DNA of 64,000 nucleotides from Mobula hypostoma (GCF_963921235.1 NC_086108.1:4526001-4590000), one strand, 5' to 3'. Shown: positions 24,030 to 37,423, numbered from the stretch's first letter. A program made the numbers and translations. The notes: a model not told the origin generated them from the letters alone.

Positions 24030-24764
24030 TAGAAAAACGATGCAAGTTCAAGGTTCAGTGAATGGGGGAGGGGTGAGTGAGAGAACAAAAGGGAACGTCT
24101 GTGTTAGGCTAGAGTTCAGGAGTGGGTGAGAACTCAAGTGGTGGTCATTCAGGCTGAGAGAGGGCGGGGAGAATAAAAAAAAGGAAAGTATGTCTGACGA
24201 AGTTGGCGACAGAGGGAGACAAACAAAATACAAATTTACTTTTTTTTTAAAACTGAGTGAACAAAATAGGGAATGAAAAGATTGGAACTGCTGTGCTCAG
24301 CATTGCAGCTGGAAAGCTGCATTCCACACAGTCAGAAGGTGAGGTGCTGGTTTGTGAGCTTACATTGAGGGTCTGCAGACAGAGCGGTTAGAGGGGAAGT
24401 GTGAAGGAGGACTGAACTATCAGGCCTGATAATTATCTTTCGGCCTGAAGTATTAATTCTGATGCTGTGCCTGGTTGGCCAAGTAATTCCAGACTCTTCT
24501 GCTTTTGTGCCAGATTTCCAGGATCTGCAGTAGCTTGGGGAGCTTAGGGATGCTGTGTTTTTCCTGGTCGGTGGATGAAGCCTGATTGCTTGAGTTTATG
24601 TGGAGGATATGACATAGGTTGGGCCATTCTTGTTCTCCTCTCCCATCCCTTTCACCATCACCCCTTCGGTCAGCTCACCGCTCTTGCCTTCTGTGGAAGC
24701 CCTCACTCATTTCCTGCTCCCTTTCACACCCATTTTAAATCCCCATCCACGTTTGCAGTGCCTG

Positions 24765-25040
24765 TGTTGTGGGTAGTGGTGAGCACAACGCTTTGCTGTA
24801 CCAGTGACTCGGGTTCAGTCCCTGCCACTGCCTGTGAGGACTTTGTACGTTCTGCCCGTGGGGGCGGCACGGTAGCGTAGTGGTTAGCGCAACGCTTTAC
24901 CATACCATTGACCCGGGTTCAATTCCCGTCACTGCCTGTAAGGAGTTTGTACGTTCTCCCCGTGACCGTGTGGGTTTCCTCTGGGTGCTCTGGTTTCCTC
25001 CCACAGTCCAAAGACATACAGGTTAGTAGGTTAATTGTAT
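24765..25040 (+). mobile_element. V-SINE, two tandem tRNA heads followed by the V-domain
   Basis: ggtagcgtagtggttagc A box, gggttcaattcc B box, V-domain core. Confidence 0.8.
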
Positions 25041-25044
25041 TGGC

Positions 25045-25390
25045 TTGCTTACTGCCTGATACGCTGCTGGTGTTTAGGGCAGTAATAAAGGTGCTCCACC
25101 TCTGTCTGTCCATACTGTCACTCAGATGTAGAAGGATTCTTCACCGCTGTTTCCGTAACAGTTTGGCTTGACCAGTCTTGGTTAATAGTCATGAGCTGAA
25201 CCCCAAACCTGGAGGACTAGAGGACCATTCTTAGTGTGGCCTCTACCCTTTGACCCTTTGACCTATTTGGCATGGGTGACCCCTCCAAGAGCTAAAGCAC
25301 GAGGCCCTGACTCCAGCCAACATGGCTGTCCAGGTCATTGAGGAAAACAAGCCTCCTAACCCTATGACAAGGGTGTGGTCCTCCTAGGGG
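25045..25390 (-). mobile_element. RTE-type short element (family A)
   Basis: DRQRWSTFITALNTS end; aligns to 340-705. Confidence 0.65.
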
Positions 25391-25864
25391 TTGTGAGTTG
25401 GACATGTGGGTGTAATTGGGCCCATTGGGCCCTATTACTGTGCTGTATCTCTAAATTAATAAAACCAGTGGGACCAGGATTATAGACGTTTGCTGTGCAG
25501 GCCTTGGAAAAGCCTGTGTGCGCCTGGTCCTGGTCAAACCCATCCAGTTCAGTGTGTTCGTTGGGCTGGGAGGGCCCGTTACTCTGCTGTATCTCTAAAT
25601 AAAAAATAAAATAAACCAGAAAGGGAAGAGAGAAAAAGTGGAAACCCTCAGCAGGTCAGGCAGCAGCGGCGGAGAGAGGAGCAGTTATATGGTTAATGAG
25701 GCTCGCACAAAATGCTGCATGAACTCAGCAGGTCAGGCAGCATCAATGGAGGAGAATAAATGGTAAACGCTTTGGGCCGAGGCCCTTTATCAGGACTGGG
25801 AAAGAGAAAGGAAATGATGCTGGAGGAACCCAGCATCTGTGGAGAGAGAGACTGTTAAACAGAT

Positions 25865-26460
25865 TATAGAAGAGTACAGCACAGGGAGAGGCCATTCGGC
25901 CCACAATGTTGTGCTGAACCAGCTAAAAAGCACCCAAACACTATCCCTCCTCCCTACAGCATGTCCATATCCCTCCATCTTCCTCACATCCATGTGACTA
26001 TCCAAATATCACTTAAAAGCCTCTAATGTATTTGCCTCTACCACCAGACCAGGCAGCGCATTCCAGACATCCACCACTCTCTGAGTAAAAAACTTACCCC
26101 TCACATCCCCCTTGATCCTACCCCCTCTCACCTTCAATGCATGCCTTCTGATATTAGACATTTCTACTCTGGGAAACAGATACTCTCTGTCCACTATATC
26201 TATGCCTCTCATAGTCTTATAAACCTCTATCAGATCTCCCCTCAGCCTCCCACACGCCAGAGAAAACAACCCAAGTTTATCCTGCCTCTCATGCTAGCAC
26301 ATGCCCTCTAAACCAGGCAGCATCGGGTAAGCCTCTTCTGCAGCCTCTCCAAAGCCTCAATATCCTTCCTGTAGTGGGGTGACCAGAACTGTACACAATG
26401 CTCCAGATGCGGTCTAACTAGAGTTTTATGAATTTGGAACATAACCTCCTGACCTTTGAA
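25865..26460 (-). mobile_element. CR1 3' fragment
   Basis: LVRPHLEHCVQFWSPHYRKDI and RLRGDLIEVYK...FFTQRVV. Confidence 0.9.
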
Positions 26461-26807
26461 CTGGATATTTTGCAGTTGGGTCCGCTCACCGGGACTGGGA
26501 AAGAGAAAGAACACGATGCTGGAGGAATTCGGCAGGTCAGGCAGCATCTGTGGAAGGAAATGGACAGTTGATGTTCCAGGTCAAGACTTTTCATCTGGAC
26601 TGAAGAATAGAGGAGAGAGAGCTGGTGTAGAGAGGTGGAAAGGTGGGGTGGCAAGTGATGGGTGAATCCAGGTGAGGAGGGATGATAGGCAAGTGGAGGA
26701 AGGAGGTGAGGGGTGGAGGTGACACAAGGGCTGCAGATAGTGGAACCTGATAGGAGAGGAAGGTGGAGCACGGAACCAAATCAGGGAGGTGGGGAGGTGA
26801 TACGGGA

Positions 26808-27394
26808 ACTGTGTGTGTGTGTGTGTTGTGTGTGTGTTGTGTGTTGTGACTGTCTGTGTGTGTGTTGTGACTGTGTGTGTGTGTGTTGTGTGTTGTGACT
26901 GTCTGTGTGTGTGTTGTGACTGTGTGTGTGTGTTGTGACTGTGTGTGTGTGTGTGTTGTGACTGTGTGTGTGTGTGTGTTGTGACTGTGTGTTGTGTGTT
27001 GTGACTCTGTGCGTGTGTGTGTTGTGACTGTGTGTGTGTGTTGTGTGTTGTGACTGTGTGTGTATGTGTGTGTGTTGTGACTGTGTGTGTGTGGAGAGTG
27101 TGTGATGTGACTGTGTGTGTGGAGAGTGTGTGATGTGACTGTGTGTGTGTGTGTGTGTGTGTGTGTTGTGACTGTGTGTATGTATGTATGTGTGTGTGTA
27201 TGTGTGTTGTGTGTTGTGACTGTGTGTGTGTGTGTGTTGTGACTGTGTGTGTGTTGTGACTGTGTGTGTGTTGTGTGTGATGTGTCTGTGTGTGTGTGTA
27301 TGTTGTGTGTGTTGTGACTGTGTGTGTGTGTGCGTTGTGTGTGTTGTGACTGTGTGTGCGTGTGTTGTGTGTGTTGTGACTGTGTGTGTGTGTG

Positions 27395-27436
<42 letters not shown>

Positions 27437-27441
27437 GTGAC
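26808..27441. repeat. Compound (TG)n / gttgtgact microsatellite
   Basis: Seen directly in the sequence. Confidence 0.95.
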
Positions 27442-27924
27442 TGTGAATCAAGTCACCGGAGAGACACTGAAGCTGGTGTCTTTATTCACAGAAGCAAGCA
27501 GTCATCATACTGGAGACAGTCTCGGAAGGCAAGGCCCCTAGACTTATAAAACATCACATTTTTATACCCTTAAAATCAATAGTAACTCAATAGTTTTTGA
27601 ATAGTTAGAATAATGTTGTTTACTTCATTACTTCCTCTTGAGCTGCATGTAAATTTCAAACAGCTAAATCTTCACGCCAACACTCCTGACACCTAGATTG
27701 AATGTTAATCACCACTGTTCCTGAATGCATTCATGCATATGCAGACATCTCAGGTCAATGGGATGTTTCCTGGTTTACAATCAACCCCAGTCTGCAGCTC
27801 CAGGAAGATCATTGTTCTGAGCTGCATTCTAAATTCAATCTACAATCCACATTCAGATCTGAAGACTGCTTGCTGTAGGAATTGATATTTACTATATTCC
27901 ATAACTCCAGAGTCTGCCCTAACA
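27442..27924 (-). mobile_element. Possible solo LTR
   Basis: TG...CA ends; on the minus strand a TATA-like ggtataaaaa precedes aataaa. No TSD visible. Confidence 0.35.
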
Positions 27925-28489
27925 ATGGGCAGGTAAAGTATGAGGGGAACTTGGTAGATCCAGGAGTGAGGGAATGGGCCAGAGGAGGAGTTTACTGGAA
28001 GATAAAGAGACAACATTGGATTGTAGACTACGCAGGCAGAATGTGAGGTGCTTTTCCACAGAATGTTACTAGTCTTCACTTAGAAGACTAAATGAAGGAG
28101 AGAGAGACAAAGACAGACAGAGCAAGAGCCAGAGAGTGAGAGACACAGTGTGTATGAGACAGCGGAGGGAGGGAGACAGACAGAGATAGAGAGGCATACA
28201 GAGTGAGAGATAGAGAGAGTGGGAGAAAGGGGGATATCTCTGATAGGCAAAGACCAGGTGATTCCAAGTGGCAGTCAGGTTTAGGATGTTGTTGATAGTG
28301 AAGTTGTGATGACACTCCACAGACCTGAAGGAGCTGGGAAATGGGAGGAGCCTGAAGCGTAGTTTTGGCCACCAAGAAGAGGACGGGTCAAATCGCCTCC
28401 TCTGGTGTAAACTTTGCTGTTTGCCCGGAGCAGAAGATCTCACCTTTTTAACAAATTTATCATTAAAAATCTGACTTTCTTTTTTTCTT

Positions 28490-28596
28490 CTCTCTCTCCC
28501 TTTTTCACTCTCTTTCTGTCACACTCACACCCACTGTCTCACTCCATCTCTCTCCCCTTTTCTCCGACTCTCTCCCTCTCTCGCTGTCTGTGTGTG

Positions 28597-28652
<56 letters not shown>

Positions 28653-28781
28653 TTTGTCTGTGTCTCTGTCTCTGTCTTTCTCCCCCCTCTGTCTTTCTCT
28701 CTCTATCTCTCACTCTGTATGTCTCTCTATCTCTGTCGGTCTCTCCTCTCAACTCTCACACACACCACACACTAACTGTCT

Positions 28782-28819
<38 letters not shown>

Positions 28820-28895
28820 TCTCGGTCTCTCACACACACACACGCACTCTCTCTCCCCCTCTCTCACCCCCTCCCTCCCCCCCTCCCCCTCACAG
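28490..28895. repeat. (CT)n / (CA)n low-complexity tract before the last DPF1 exon
   Basis: Seen directly in the sequence. Confidence 0.9.
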
Positions 28896-28966
28896 GTAGT
28901 TGGAGTTGCCATCTGTGTTTGCAGCAGCTGAAAGAGAAGGCCTCGGCGTACATAACTCTAACCTAA
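28896..28966 (+). CDS. DPF1: DPF1 terminal coding exon ([23 protein letters not shown])
   Basis: cacag| acceptor after a long CT tract; TAA at 28964-28966. The C-terminus [11 protein letters not shown] matches DPF1 rather than DPF2 or DPF3 as recalled. Confidence 0.95.
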
Positions 28967-30792
28967 GAGGACCCACACTTGCTGGCACCTCCTGCGCTGC
29001 CCGGGGATGTCATGTCTCAGCCATCTCCAGCCCCAGAACGTGGCCACATTCCAGAAGCACGGCACCAACTGTTGTAAGATAGCGACCCTTGGCCCAAAGA
29101 CACCACAATGCTGCTTCCTGGGGCAATGTCTATCCTTGTACTCTGATCTTTAAACGTATGTTTTACAGACATTGACATTTTAGTGGGGATTTGCTTTCAC
29201 TCTGTGGGCGGTTGCCTTCACACTGAGAACTTTCTGAGAGACAGCGGGAAGATATCGAGAGAGCAGAGCGATCAAAGGACCCAGTTCTGTCCGTCCACAG
29301 AGCCAGTGGTTGGATTTTTGCCTCGGACTAGGTGCGGACTGCTGGGGCACCGACCCCTCCTTCATCCTGGCTTCTGAGGTGCCCTGATCTCCTGGTCATG
29401 ATGAACCAATCCCATTGGGGGCGGCAGGACAAACTTCGGATGGAGAGCCAAATCGACTCCCTTGTTCCCTCGCCCTCCCCCGACACAGATCCCCCTCCTA
29501 GCAAACCCTCAGTGCAAACGGGAGTTGCTTGTAAAAAATATGCATGGCGTGATGTAGATGTTGTACTCTTCCCATCCCCCCAAATGGCTGCAAGGAAAGC
29601 GAGATGAGGCAGTGGGAGGAGTGGAGATGAAACCTTGTTGCATTTGGACCAGAGACCAATTCACCTTGGATTGTGAGGGTCAATCCCATGCTGTTGAAGT
29701 GACCTCGAGTGGATCTTTCAGTGAGGTTGAATCTATGACTGGGCATTGGTCAGACATTGTGGTGCCTCTCCCATTCAGACATCTCTTCTTGACATTCACC
29801 TACAGAAGATGTGGCGATACTTTACCGGAAGCTTGTGACGGATCCAGTCTTCTACTGGGCATGAATGAGGATTGAGGTCTCCACCCCTCTGGAGCCAACA
29901 TCTCCTTTCACCTTGCGAGGGAACTTTGGGACTCCTCGGGACTACTTTCTTAAGCTGATGTGTGTGTTTGTTAATGGGTGTGATTGGGCGTGCCAGGCTC
30001 ATTGGTCAACGCAGGTGATTGGCATACTGAATGGGCCAATGATTGCAGCTGGTCAACAGGCCCTGGGTTTTTACTCATTCGTAGCTCAAGTCTCAGAACA
30101 CTCCGTCCAGGACGTCTGTGGAGGGACACGTGTACCATGCCTGCCAAACGCTCCGATGCGTCCCTGGCCTTGGATGAAAGTCAGGACACGTGATGAGATC
30201 AGAACTTTACCCTGCGTGTTGGTACGGCGTCTGACTTGCCGAGGACTGATGGTGCTGGTTATTCAGAAGATCCTAAGGATGGGGGAGGGAGGCGGTGGTG
30301 GGAAGGTGACACTGCCCCCTGGGGTAGAGCCACCCTTGTGGTCTAGGTACCCTGGCTCGATTCTGACCTCCAGCGTTCTCTGTCTGGAGTACGCAGGTTC
30401 TCCCTGTGACCCTGTGGGTTCCCCGGATGCCCTGCAGATTGGTAGGCGAATTGGCTGCTGTAAATTGCCTCCTGCGTGTAGGTGAGGGGTAGAGTCCTGG
30501 GGGCTGGGGGTGGGGAAAATTAAATGGGACCGGTGTGGAAGGGTGTGTGAAGGTTGTCAGGCAACACACCGGCTATCTCCTGTTCTGTTTGACTCTGTAA
30601 CCCCAACCCCAGGCTGAATCTTTCCTCCAAGCCCATTACCTAACCTAGTGAAAGGCCATTCAGCCCAGCAGCCTGTGGGGCCCATTGCCCAACCAGCCAC
30701 ATGCTCCCCACTCATCACCGTTTTCTTTCAAAGTAAATCCCACAGTAAAAGTATCTGTGCTGTGGCATGAATACTTACATTTGAGGCACTGT

Positions 30793-31316
30793 CCCTAAAC
30801 ACTATTGCACACTATCATTCCCTAAACACTATTGCACACTATCATTCCCTAAACGCTATTGCACACTATCATTCCCTAACCACTATTGCACACTATCATT
30901 CCCTAAACACTATTGCACGATATCATTCCCTAAACTATTGCACACTATCATTCCCTAACCACTATTGCACACTATCATTCCCTAAACACTATTGCACGAT
31001 ATCATTCCCTAAACACTATTGCACGATATCATTCCCTAAACACTGTTGCACACTATCATTCCCTAACCACTATTGCACACTATCATCCCCTAAACACGGT
31101 TGCACACTATCATTCCCTAAACACTATTGCACACTATCATTCCCTAACCACTATTGCACACTATCATTCCCTAACCACTATTGCACGATATCATTCCCTA
31201 AACGCTGTTGCACACTATCATCCCCTAAACACTATTGCACGATATCATTCCCTAAACACTGTTGCACACTATCATTCCCTAAACACTATTGCACACTATC
31301 ATTCCCTAACCACTAT
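30793..31316. repeat. 27-bp minisatellite, about 19 copies
   Basis: Unit ccctaaacactattgcacactatcatt. Confidence 0.95.
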
Positions 31317-33934
31317 AGGACGTAGAAGCAGATTTAAGCCATTCACTCCGTCAAGTCTGCTCTACCCCTCCAACATGGCTGATCTATTTTCCCTCTCAAC
31401 CCATTTTCGTGCCTTCTCTCTGTAACCTTTGATGCCCTGACTAATCAAGAACTTATCAACCTTCACTTTATATATACCCACTGAATTGGCCTTTTAACAC
31501 CTTTCAATTTTAGACAATCTTAATTTCCATTGCCACCTCATAATCGCCTAACTTTATTTATTTACAGGCAGGGTATTTATTGCCTGTCCGTAACCGACCC
31601 CAGGAAGGTGGCAGTGACCTGTTGATAAGCTGTCCTCTGATATTCTGCTCCCTGGTAGAGAGGACACCTCGGCAGTTGTCATACAGTGGACAGCTGGTGG
31701 TGGGGAAGTGGAGAGTGGGACGTAGTGGGTTGTTATGCCTTGGGAGAGGCTGCTGGGGAGGGCAAGAGGGATCCAGGGCAACAGGAGGCGAACAGATGGT
31801 TAGATTCTTAAAGGGCTAGCACTGATGTGATGGGCTGAGTGGCCTTGGGCAGGTGAAAGGCTTTTGTTTGATGCCACTTTCAGGATCGGAAGCTCTGCAC
31901 AGGCAGCTCTGAGGTGCAGCCACGTCATGGGACTGCACAGCAAGATCCCACGGAGAGTAATGCAGATCGTTCAAGGAGTGAAAAATGCTGGTCCCAGGGA
32001 AAGGCGGTCAGCACAGAATGGCGGTACCCGAAGGGTCCCTGGCGTCCTTCTGGGAGCCTCCCGCCTTCCCCCAACACTGACGCTGTTCCCTGAGTCCCCC
32101 AAATCGAGTTCACAGCCCAGGTGCGGTGTCTGTGGATGGCAGGGAGGGATTTAGACAGGTCATTGATATCGTGCTCAAATGCAGAAGCATCTCACAGGAG
32201 AAGTGAGCATGGGAGAGAGTAATTGGGCAAACTGGGGAGGTGGGGACCCAGCCACAGCTGCCAGAAGGAATCTGGGGTGGATCGAGAGATCAGGACTGGA
32301 GGTAGCGGGGCGATCTGTGTAGGCTGCAGGGATAGAGGGGAGTCACAGAAGTGGGGGGGAGGGGAGCCTGCATCAGACTGGGAGTTCGTGTGCGTTGGTG
32401 AGCACGCCCAGGTTTGTTGGGAGAAGTAGGAGTGCTGGGATAGTGACTGGGCTAAGGAAGGTAGGAGAGGAGTAGAGGAATGGTGCAAAGGTTTGAGCTG
32501 CCGTCCCCCAGCACCAGAGACCTGGGTTCGATGTCGGTTTCTCATTTCCTTCACAGATCCCAACGATGAGTGGGGTTGGTGGGTTAATTGACACGCTGTG
32601 AGCGTGCATAGGCAGGGATAGAGTCTGGGCGGTGGGGGGGTCGATGTGAATGTGCAAATGGGATAGTTGATGGTCAGCACAGTGTGGATGGGCTGAATGG
32701 CCTGATCCAGTGCAGTTTTTTTTTCCTGAGTCAGCCTGCAGGCTGCTCCCCACCCTCCCTCGCGAGTGGCTGGAATCCCCAGCCTCTCCTCTCCTGATTC
32801 ACAGCACAACGGGAGCCAGCTCATGAATGCCCCCGGTGACGTGGCGTCACATCGAGTGTCAGGGCAATGGGTAACTGCATTGCGAACCCCTCAGCCGTTT
32901 GCCTGTGTTTGCCCAGTGTGTTATGTGTGCTGTTTCCTGTAATGTGTAAATCTGGTTAAAGTGTCTTAAATTGACCTGCTTCTGTTAAATCGTTGGGATC
33001 TCTTTACGAAAGCGAGAAAGCGGGAAGTCATGGCATATTGCGGTTTTGTTTGAAGGTTAAAACGGACCGGCACTTGCCCTTCAAGGACAGCCAGGGGGAC
33101 CTCAGCTTTATCCTCTGGGTTACAGTAGGCTACTGCTTAGGGTTTCTGACCGTGACCAGCGGGTCGCACACCAACAGCTGAACTGTGTCCGTCGCAGGTC
33201 CACAAACCTGTAACTGCCCTTCACGCACCAACTCTTTACCTCTGACCTCTCTCCTACACAGTCGCTTCTTTCCACACCTTGTGGCACATCGGGTGGCAGC
33301 CTCGCCGTTACTTTAACATTTTTGTCTGTCTTTTACGAGACCAAGTCACTCGCTCGATGCCCAACACAGTACGGATGGAAAGCGTGCAAGGAGCAGGCCG
33401 GATTTGAACCCATGACCACTTGGCTCGATGTCCGGTGCAGATGCCACAACACTATCAACCGGCTTCTCCTATACAATACGTTCCTCCAATCACCTTAACA
33501 TTAAACCCCCCTCGCCCCCCCAGAGCTGGTATTTCAGGTTGGGACCCTCCAGCTAGTTAGGCCAGTGGGTTCCAAACCTTTTTCTAATCCCAATTAACTG
33601 AGGGGTCCGTGGACCCCAAGCTGGGAATCCCTGGGTTAGACCAAAGGGCCTGTCTCTGTGTGGTGTAGCTCTCTGCCTCTATGCTCTCTAACTTGCCACC
33701 TGGACCTCACCAACCCTGCATTGTGCCTGGGTCCAAGTCCAGGAAGGTCCTCCTCCAGCATAACTGAGGGAGCACCTTCTCCACATGGTTTGTAGTGGTC
33801 CAAGAAGGCACGCAGACCCTCTCCCCGCCCCCCCCAACCAATTCCTCAAGGGCAGAGTGGTTGGGCCAATAAATTCAGGCCCACATCCCAATGTACGAAC
33901 ACAAGTCACCTTGAATCTCAATCTTGACAATTAC

Positions 33935-34530
33935 ATGGAACATGGAAGAGTACAGCACAGGAACAGGCCATTCGGCCCACAATGTTGTGCTAAACCAGCT
34001 AAAAAAACAAATCAAAAACACCCAAACACTAATCCCTCCTACCTACACCATGTCCATATCCCTTCATCTTCCTCACATCCATGTGCCTATCCAAATGTCT
34101 CTTAAAAACCTCTAATGTATTTGTGTCTACCACCAGACCAGGCAGCACATTCCAGACATCCACCACTCTCTGAGTAAAAAACTTACCCCTCACATCCCCC
34201 TTTGAACCTACCCCCACCTCCCTCACCTTCAATGCATGCCCTCTGGTATTACACATTTCTACCCTGGGAAACAGATGCTCTCTGTCCACTCGATCTGCCT
34301 CTCTTAATCTTGTATAAACCTCTATCAGATCTCCCCTCAGCCTCCAGTCCTCCAGAGAACACAACCTAAGTTTATCCAGCCTTTCATGACACATCCTCTA
34401 AACCAGGCAGCTTCCTGGTAAACCTCTTCTGCACCCTCTCCAAAGCCTCGACATTCTTCCTACAGTGGGGTGACCAGAACTGTATGCGATACTCCAGACG
34501 TGGCCTGACCAGAGTTTTATAAAGTTGCCC
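33935..34530 (-). mobile_element. CR1 3' fragment (same subfamily as 25865-26460)
   Basis: ORF 34029-34394 is the CR1 ORF2 C-terminus. Confidence 0.9.
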
Positions 34531-35159
34531 AGTCCTGATTCCACTTCCAGAACAGTGTCAGATTTGTGAGATGGTGGACTGTGCAGATGTTTAGCATGTC
34601 CCAGGCAGAAGCCAACATCCCCCCCCCACATCTGGATTCCACGTAACACACCGAAAATGCTGGAGGAACTCAGCATCTCGGCCCGAAACGTTGACTGTTC
34701 ACTCTTTTCCAATGCTGAGTTCCTCCAGCATTTTGTGTGTGTTGCTTTGGATTTCCAGCTTCTGCAGATTTTCTCTTGTTTGTGTCTGAGTTCTAAGTGT
34801 TGGCTCTGCACAGGGCCCAAGGAGAGAGCATTAAGGGCCCCTGTGTCCCACAGATCGCTAAAAGCTGTGGTCTCCATCGGCGTGGATGTCGATTCCGTGT
34901 CTTTAGTGCAGGGGGCAGGGGAAAGGTCACTCTCTCGAATTTAACTGTTGCACTCCAGACCCGGTGAAGTTAACAGAGGGGTTCAGTCGCCAATGGCAAC
35001 CAGAGAGGCTGCTGTAGAAGTGAACATTCACCAGTGTTCAAGGACTTGATTCTCAACACTGAGTCCCAATCTTTACTAGAAAGAGGTTTGAGCTGACAAT
35101 CCACAATCTTACAATCATATGGAATAGACAGAGGCTATTCAGCCCATCAAGTCTGTGGT

Positions 35160-35815
35160 GGTTTATAAGACATTGGAGCAGAACTAGGCCATTCATCCCA
35201 CTGAGTCTGCTCCGCCATTCCATCATGGCTGATCCCAGATCCCACTCAACCCCACACACCTGCCTTCTCACCATATCCTTTGATACCCTGACCAATCAGG
35301 AGATGATCAACTTCCGCCTTAAATATACCCACGGACTTGGCCTCCACCACAGTCTGTGGCAGAGCATTCCACAGATTCACTACTCTGGCTAAAAAAATTC
35401 CCCCTTTTCTCTGTTCTGAAAAGGTCGCCCCTCAATTTTGAGGCTGTGCCCTTTAGTTCTGGATACCCCAACCAGTCCTTCCACGTTTGGTAGGTTTCAG
35501 TGAGATCCTCCCCGCATTCTTCTAAACTCTAGTGGGGACAGGTCCAAAGCTGCCAAACGCTCCTCATGTGTTAACCCCTTCGTTCCCCGAGTCATCCTCG
35601 TGACTCTCTACAATAACAACACATCTTTTCTGAAATATGGAGTCCCACTGTGTGGGCTTGACTAGTGTCTTATAAGGGCTCAGCATTATCTCCTTGCTTT
35701 TATATTCTATTCCCCTTGAAATAAATCCCAACATTGCATTTGCCTTCCTTACCACAGACTCAACCCGTAAATTAACCTTCTGGGAGTCTTGCATGAGGAC
35801 TCCTAAGTCCTCCTT
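35160..35815 (-). mobile_element. CR1 3' fragment
   Basis: KANAMLGFISRGIEYKS. Confidence 0.88.
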
Positions 35816-37423
35816 AATACTACCCCTACTACAGTGTGACCTTCCCTCATTACTAGACTGTGTACATTTTGGGTGTCTGTAGTCTGTTCTCCGGGCAGGG
35901 AAGTGAACGCAGGACCTGCTGGCTCCAGAAAGGGGGAGACCCCCCCCCCAGCAGTAATTGAAGAGAATTGTTTGCTGTCAATTAGTCTCAGAATCTCACA
36001 AACCATCGGAGGAGATTCCAACAACTTAACCAGCGATTTTTAAGGCGAAAGAAAGTGACAAATAAATGATTACTGTAAAACGAAAAAATGCTGTTGCTGC
36101 AAAGCCAATTTCAACATTGTTGGTGTAAGGAAAATTGTAAAGATTTTGAGATGAAGTTGTTTCTATATGTGTTGGTGAACTCTGTGTACCTGAGGCTGCA
36201 GTGTGTTTGCGGTACCCTGGGTGTAGCTGCTCCCTCAGAGGGGGCAGGGTTACGCCCTGGAACAGCGTCGGATGTGAGATGGGGTGATGTTACCACATCG
36301 CTGGGAGAGGTTACCGTCAGCTCGCGGGCTGATACACCTCCTCCCGCAGAGCCACCATGATGCTACTCCAAACATGCCGTGCTGTTGGCTTCTCTCCATT
36401 TCAAGGCAAGGCCATTTGGCCCATTGTGGATAGCCTACACCTTGTAGACAGGAAGAAGGGCTGGTGGGGGGTGCGGAGGAGGTGAATTCTTCAGGTTGGA
36501 AGGAGGGGACAGGCCCCAGATTGGACTCTCAGCTCCTTAGGGTGGTGATGGCTTATGACCTACGGTTGAAGGATCAGCTCCTTTTGGGTGAGATGACCTA
36601 TGACCTATGGTTGAAGGGTCAGCACCTTTGGGTAGAGATGACCTATGATTAGATAGGATTCAGTCCCAATTCCCACCCTGAGGGCTTAGGTCCTCAATAC
36701 TGGAAATTAAATGGGAACCAGCGGTTGAGAGGGAGGGGAGACACAGGACTGGCCGTGGTTTCTGTTGCATGCATCACTCTCCTCCTCAGCTCCTGGTTCT
36801 TGCATCACACGGAGAGTGTTTCCTGCCCTTGCTGCAGTCATGGTTGCTGTCATCAAGAATGGGGAGTAGGGTTGTGGATTTTGGTGCTACTAACCTACTA
36901 CTACATCCTACATCCTACTAACCCTCTCTCCCCACCCTGGCCAACCCCTCACACTAAATATCAGCAGAACTACCTCTTCAATCCCTCATCCCGAAAGTAC
37001 CACTCTGAGGGCAGGTCAGTGGGGTTGTGGGGGGACAGGGGTCAGCTTAGAGGAAATGGTATTTGAAGGAAATACGAGACAGACTAGGTTGCAGGGAGGT
37101 TGGAATCAATAGAATTGCCCCAAGGGCCAGCATACACGATGGGCCGAATGGCTTTCTTCTGTGTCTTAAACCCATGGTTCTGTAGGAAGAGGCTGGGTCA
37201 CACAGCCATGAAACCAGATGATCCCATCTCCCGTATGTGAGGCCCCAACTGACCCCGAGCGTAGCATTACCAAGGCCGTACGCGTAGTGCTCTGTAGCCT
37301 CGCGCAACTCAGGCAGGAGAACCACTGTACCGGTCTGAGTTGTCTTTGCTAGTGTTATTTTGGCGTATCTGTGTTGCAAAAGTGATGTTGTCTGTTTCAA
37401 GTAGTGTTCCTGGCAGTTTTAAG

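Noticed and set aside
24862..24935. tRNA gene
   Set aside because: The A/B boxes lead straight into the V-SINE body with no full cloverleaf, so this is a SINE head (same for 43735-43800).
29865..30485. 206-aa ORF downstream of the DPF1 stop
   Set aside because: No recognisable domain, it runs into a decayed SINE, and it lies in the probable 3' UTR.
30793..31316. Interstitial telomere or miR-92 precursor
   Set aside because: There is only one CCCTAA per 27-bp unit, and the miRNA match stops after 8 nt with no precursor hairpin.
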